From Raja brachyura (lineage: Eukaryota), in the NCBI GenBank assembly GCA_963514005.1, contig OY740781.1:44888001-44952000 (forward strand): 64,000 nt of DNA. The letters run 5' to 3'. Within the stretch, counting starts at the first letter, position 1, and each line of letters starts with the position of its first letter. The position numbers and the translations under genes were made by a program. The notes under the pieces are model-generated. The model did not search any database. It saw nothing but the letters and a program-made list of their open reading frames with translations, and was not told the DNA's origin. Shown here piece by piece: positions 63,276 through 64,000 of the stretch.

Positions 63276-63815
63276 TTGTGAATGTATACAAAATTGTCTG
63301 CTCTATCCCCAACTGTTTAAATCTTTCAAGTCTGAAGAAAAATCCCAACCCAAAATATCACCTATCCACGTTCTGCAGAGATGCTGCCAGACCAGCTGAG
63401 TTACTCCAGCAATTTATGTCTTTTTTTGTAAATCAGCATCTGTAGTACCTTGCTTCTACTTCTTTTAATTGTTTACTCTATTATCTGTATATTCCTTTAG
63501 CACTGTAACTATGACCTATTTATACATTATGCACATATTTGTTTCACGTTCGTTTGCTATATCAGAGTCACAAATGTATGGAATCCTGTGTTTAACCTTC
63601 TGTGGATTCCTATTTCACTGCTTCTCTTTAGTGGTGCATTTGTTGTCCTAATTTCTCTTGATGTTAGTAAGATTCCTGTGAAATATTGACTAGCTCACAT
63701 TTGACGTAAGAAAGCAAATGATTAAATGTATCAATATAAGTTATTGTTGTAACGATACAAAGTGCTGGAAGAAGGGTCCCGACCCAAAACATCAGGGGTG
63801 CAGTGCTGCCAGAGC

Positions 63816-63986
63816 NNNNNNNNNNNNNNNNNNNNNNNNNNNNNNNNNNNNNNNNNNNNNNNNNNNNNNNNNNNNNNNNNNNNNNNNNNNNNNNNNNNNN
63901 NNNNNNNNNNNNNNNNNNNNNNNNNNNNNNNNNNNNNNNNNNNNNNNNNNNNNNNNNNNNNNNNNNNNNNNNNNNNNNNNNNNNNN
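63816..63986. other. Assembly gap (171 N)
   Basis: Run of n. Confidence 1.
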
Positions 63987-64000
63987 GTAAATGGATGAGT

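Noticed and set aside
63718-63998. ORFs spanning the window end
   Set aside because: Artefacts of the N gap.

Overview
Eukaryotic, repeat-saturated DNA with no recognisable host gene. The repeat set (HE1/V-SINE-like SINEs, CR1/HER1-like LINEs, Penelope, Rex/Babar) points to a cartilaginous fish, probably a skate or ray (inference). Main contents: (1) an epsilon/gamma-like endogenous retrovirus, ERV-A (7927-~20756), with a tRNA-Pro PBS, decayed gag-pro-pol, no env, and a 3' LTR split by a LINE-1 and cut by a CR1; (2) a related, heavily deleted ERV-B (28131-37904, TSD GAAC); (3) two Gypsy LTR retrotransposons; (4) L1, several CR1 subfamilies, Penelope elements with hammerhead-ribozyme cores, a Vingi/Ingi-like fragment, Rex/Babar fragments and SINEs; (5) an assembly gap at the end. 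Best leads: a 2H-phosphoesterase-like domain (two HxT motifs) between protease and RT in ERV-A; double palindromes beside the PPT conserved in both ERVs; two CR1 insertions sharing the same three disabling mutations; and fold-back Penelope-terminus repeats carrying hammerhead cores. All calls come from reading the sequence by eye, and boundaries without a TSD are approximate.
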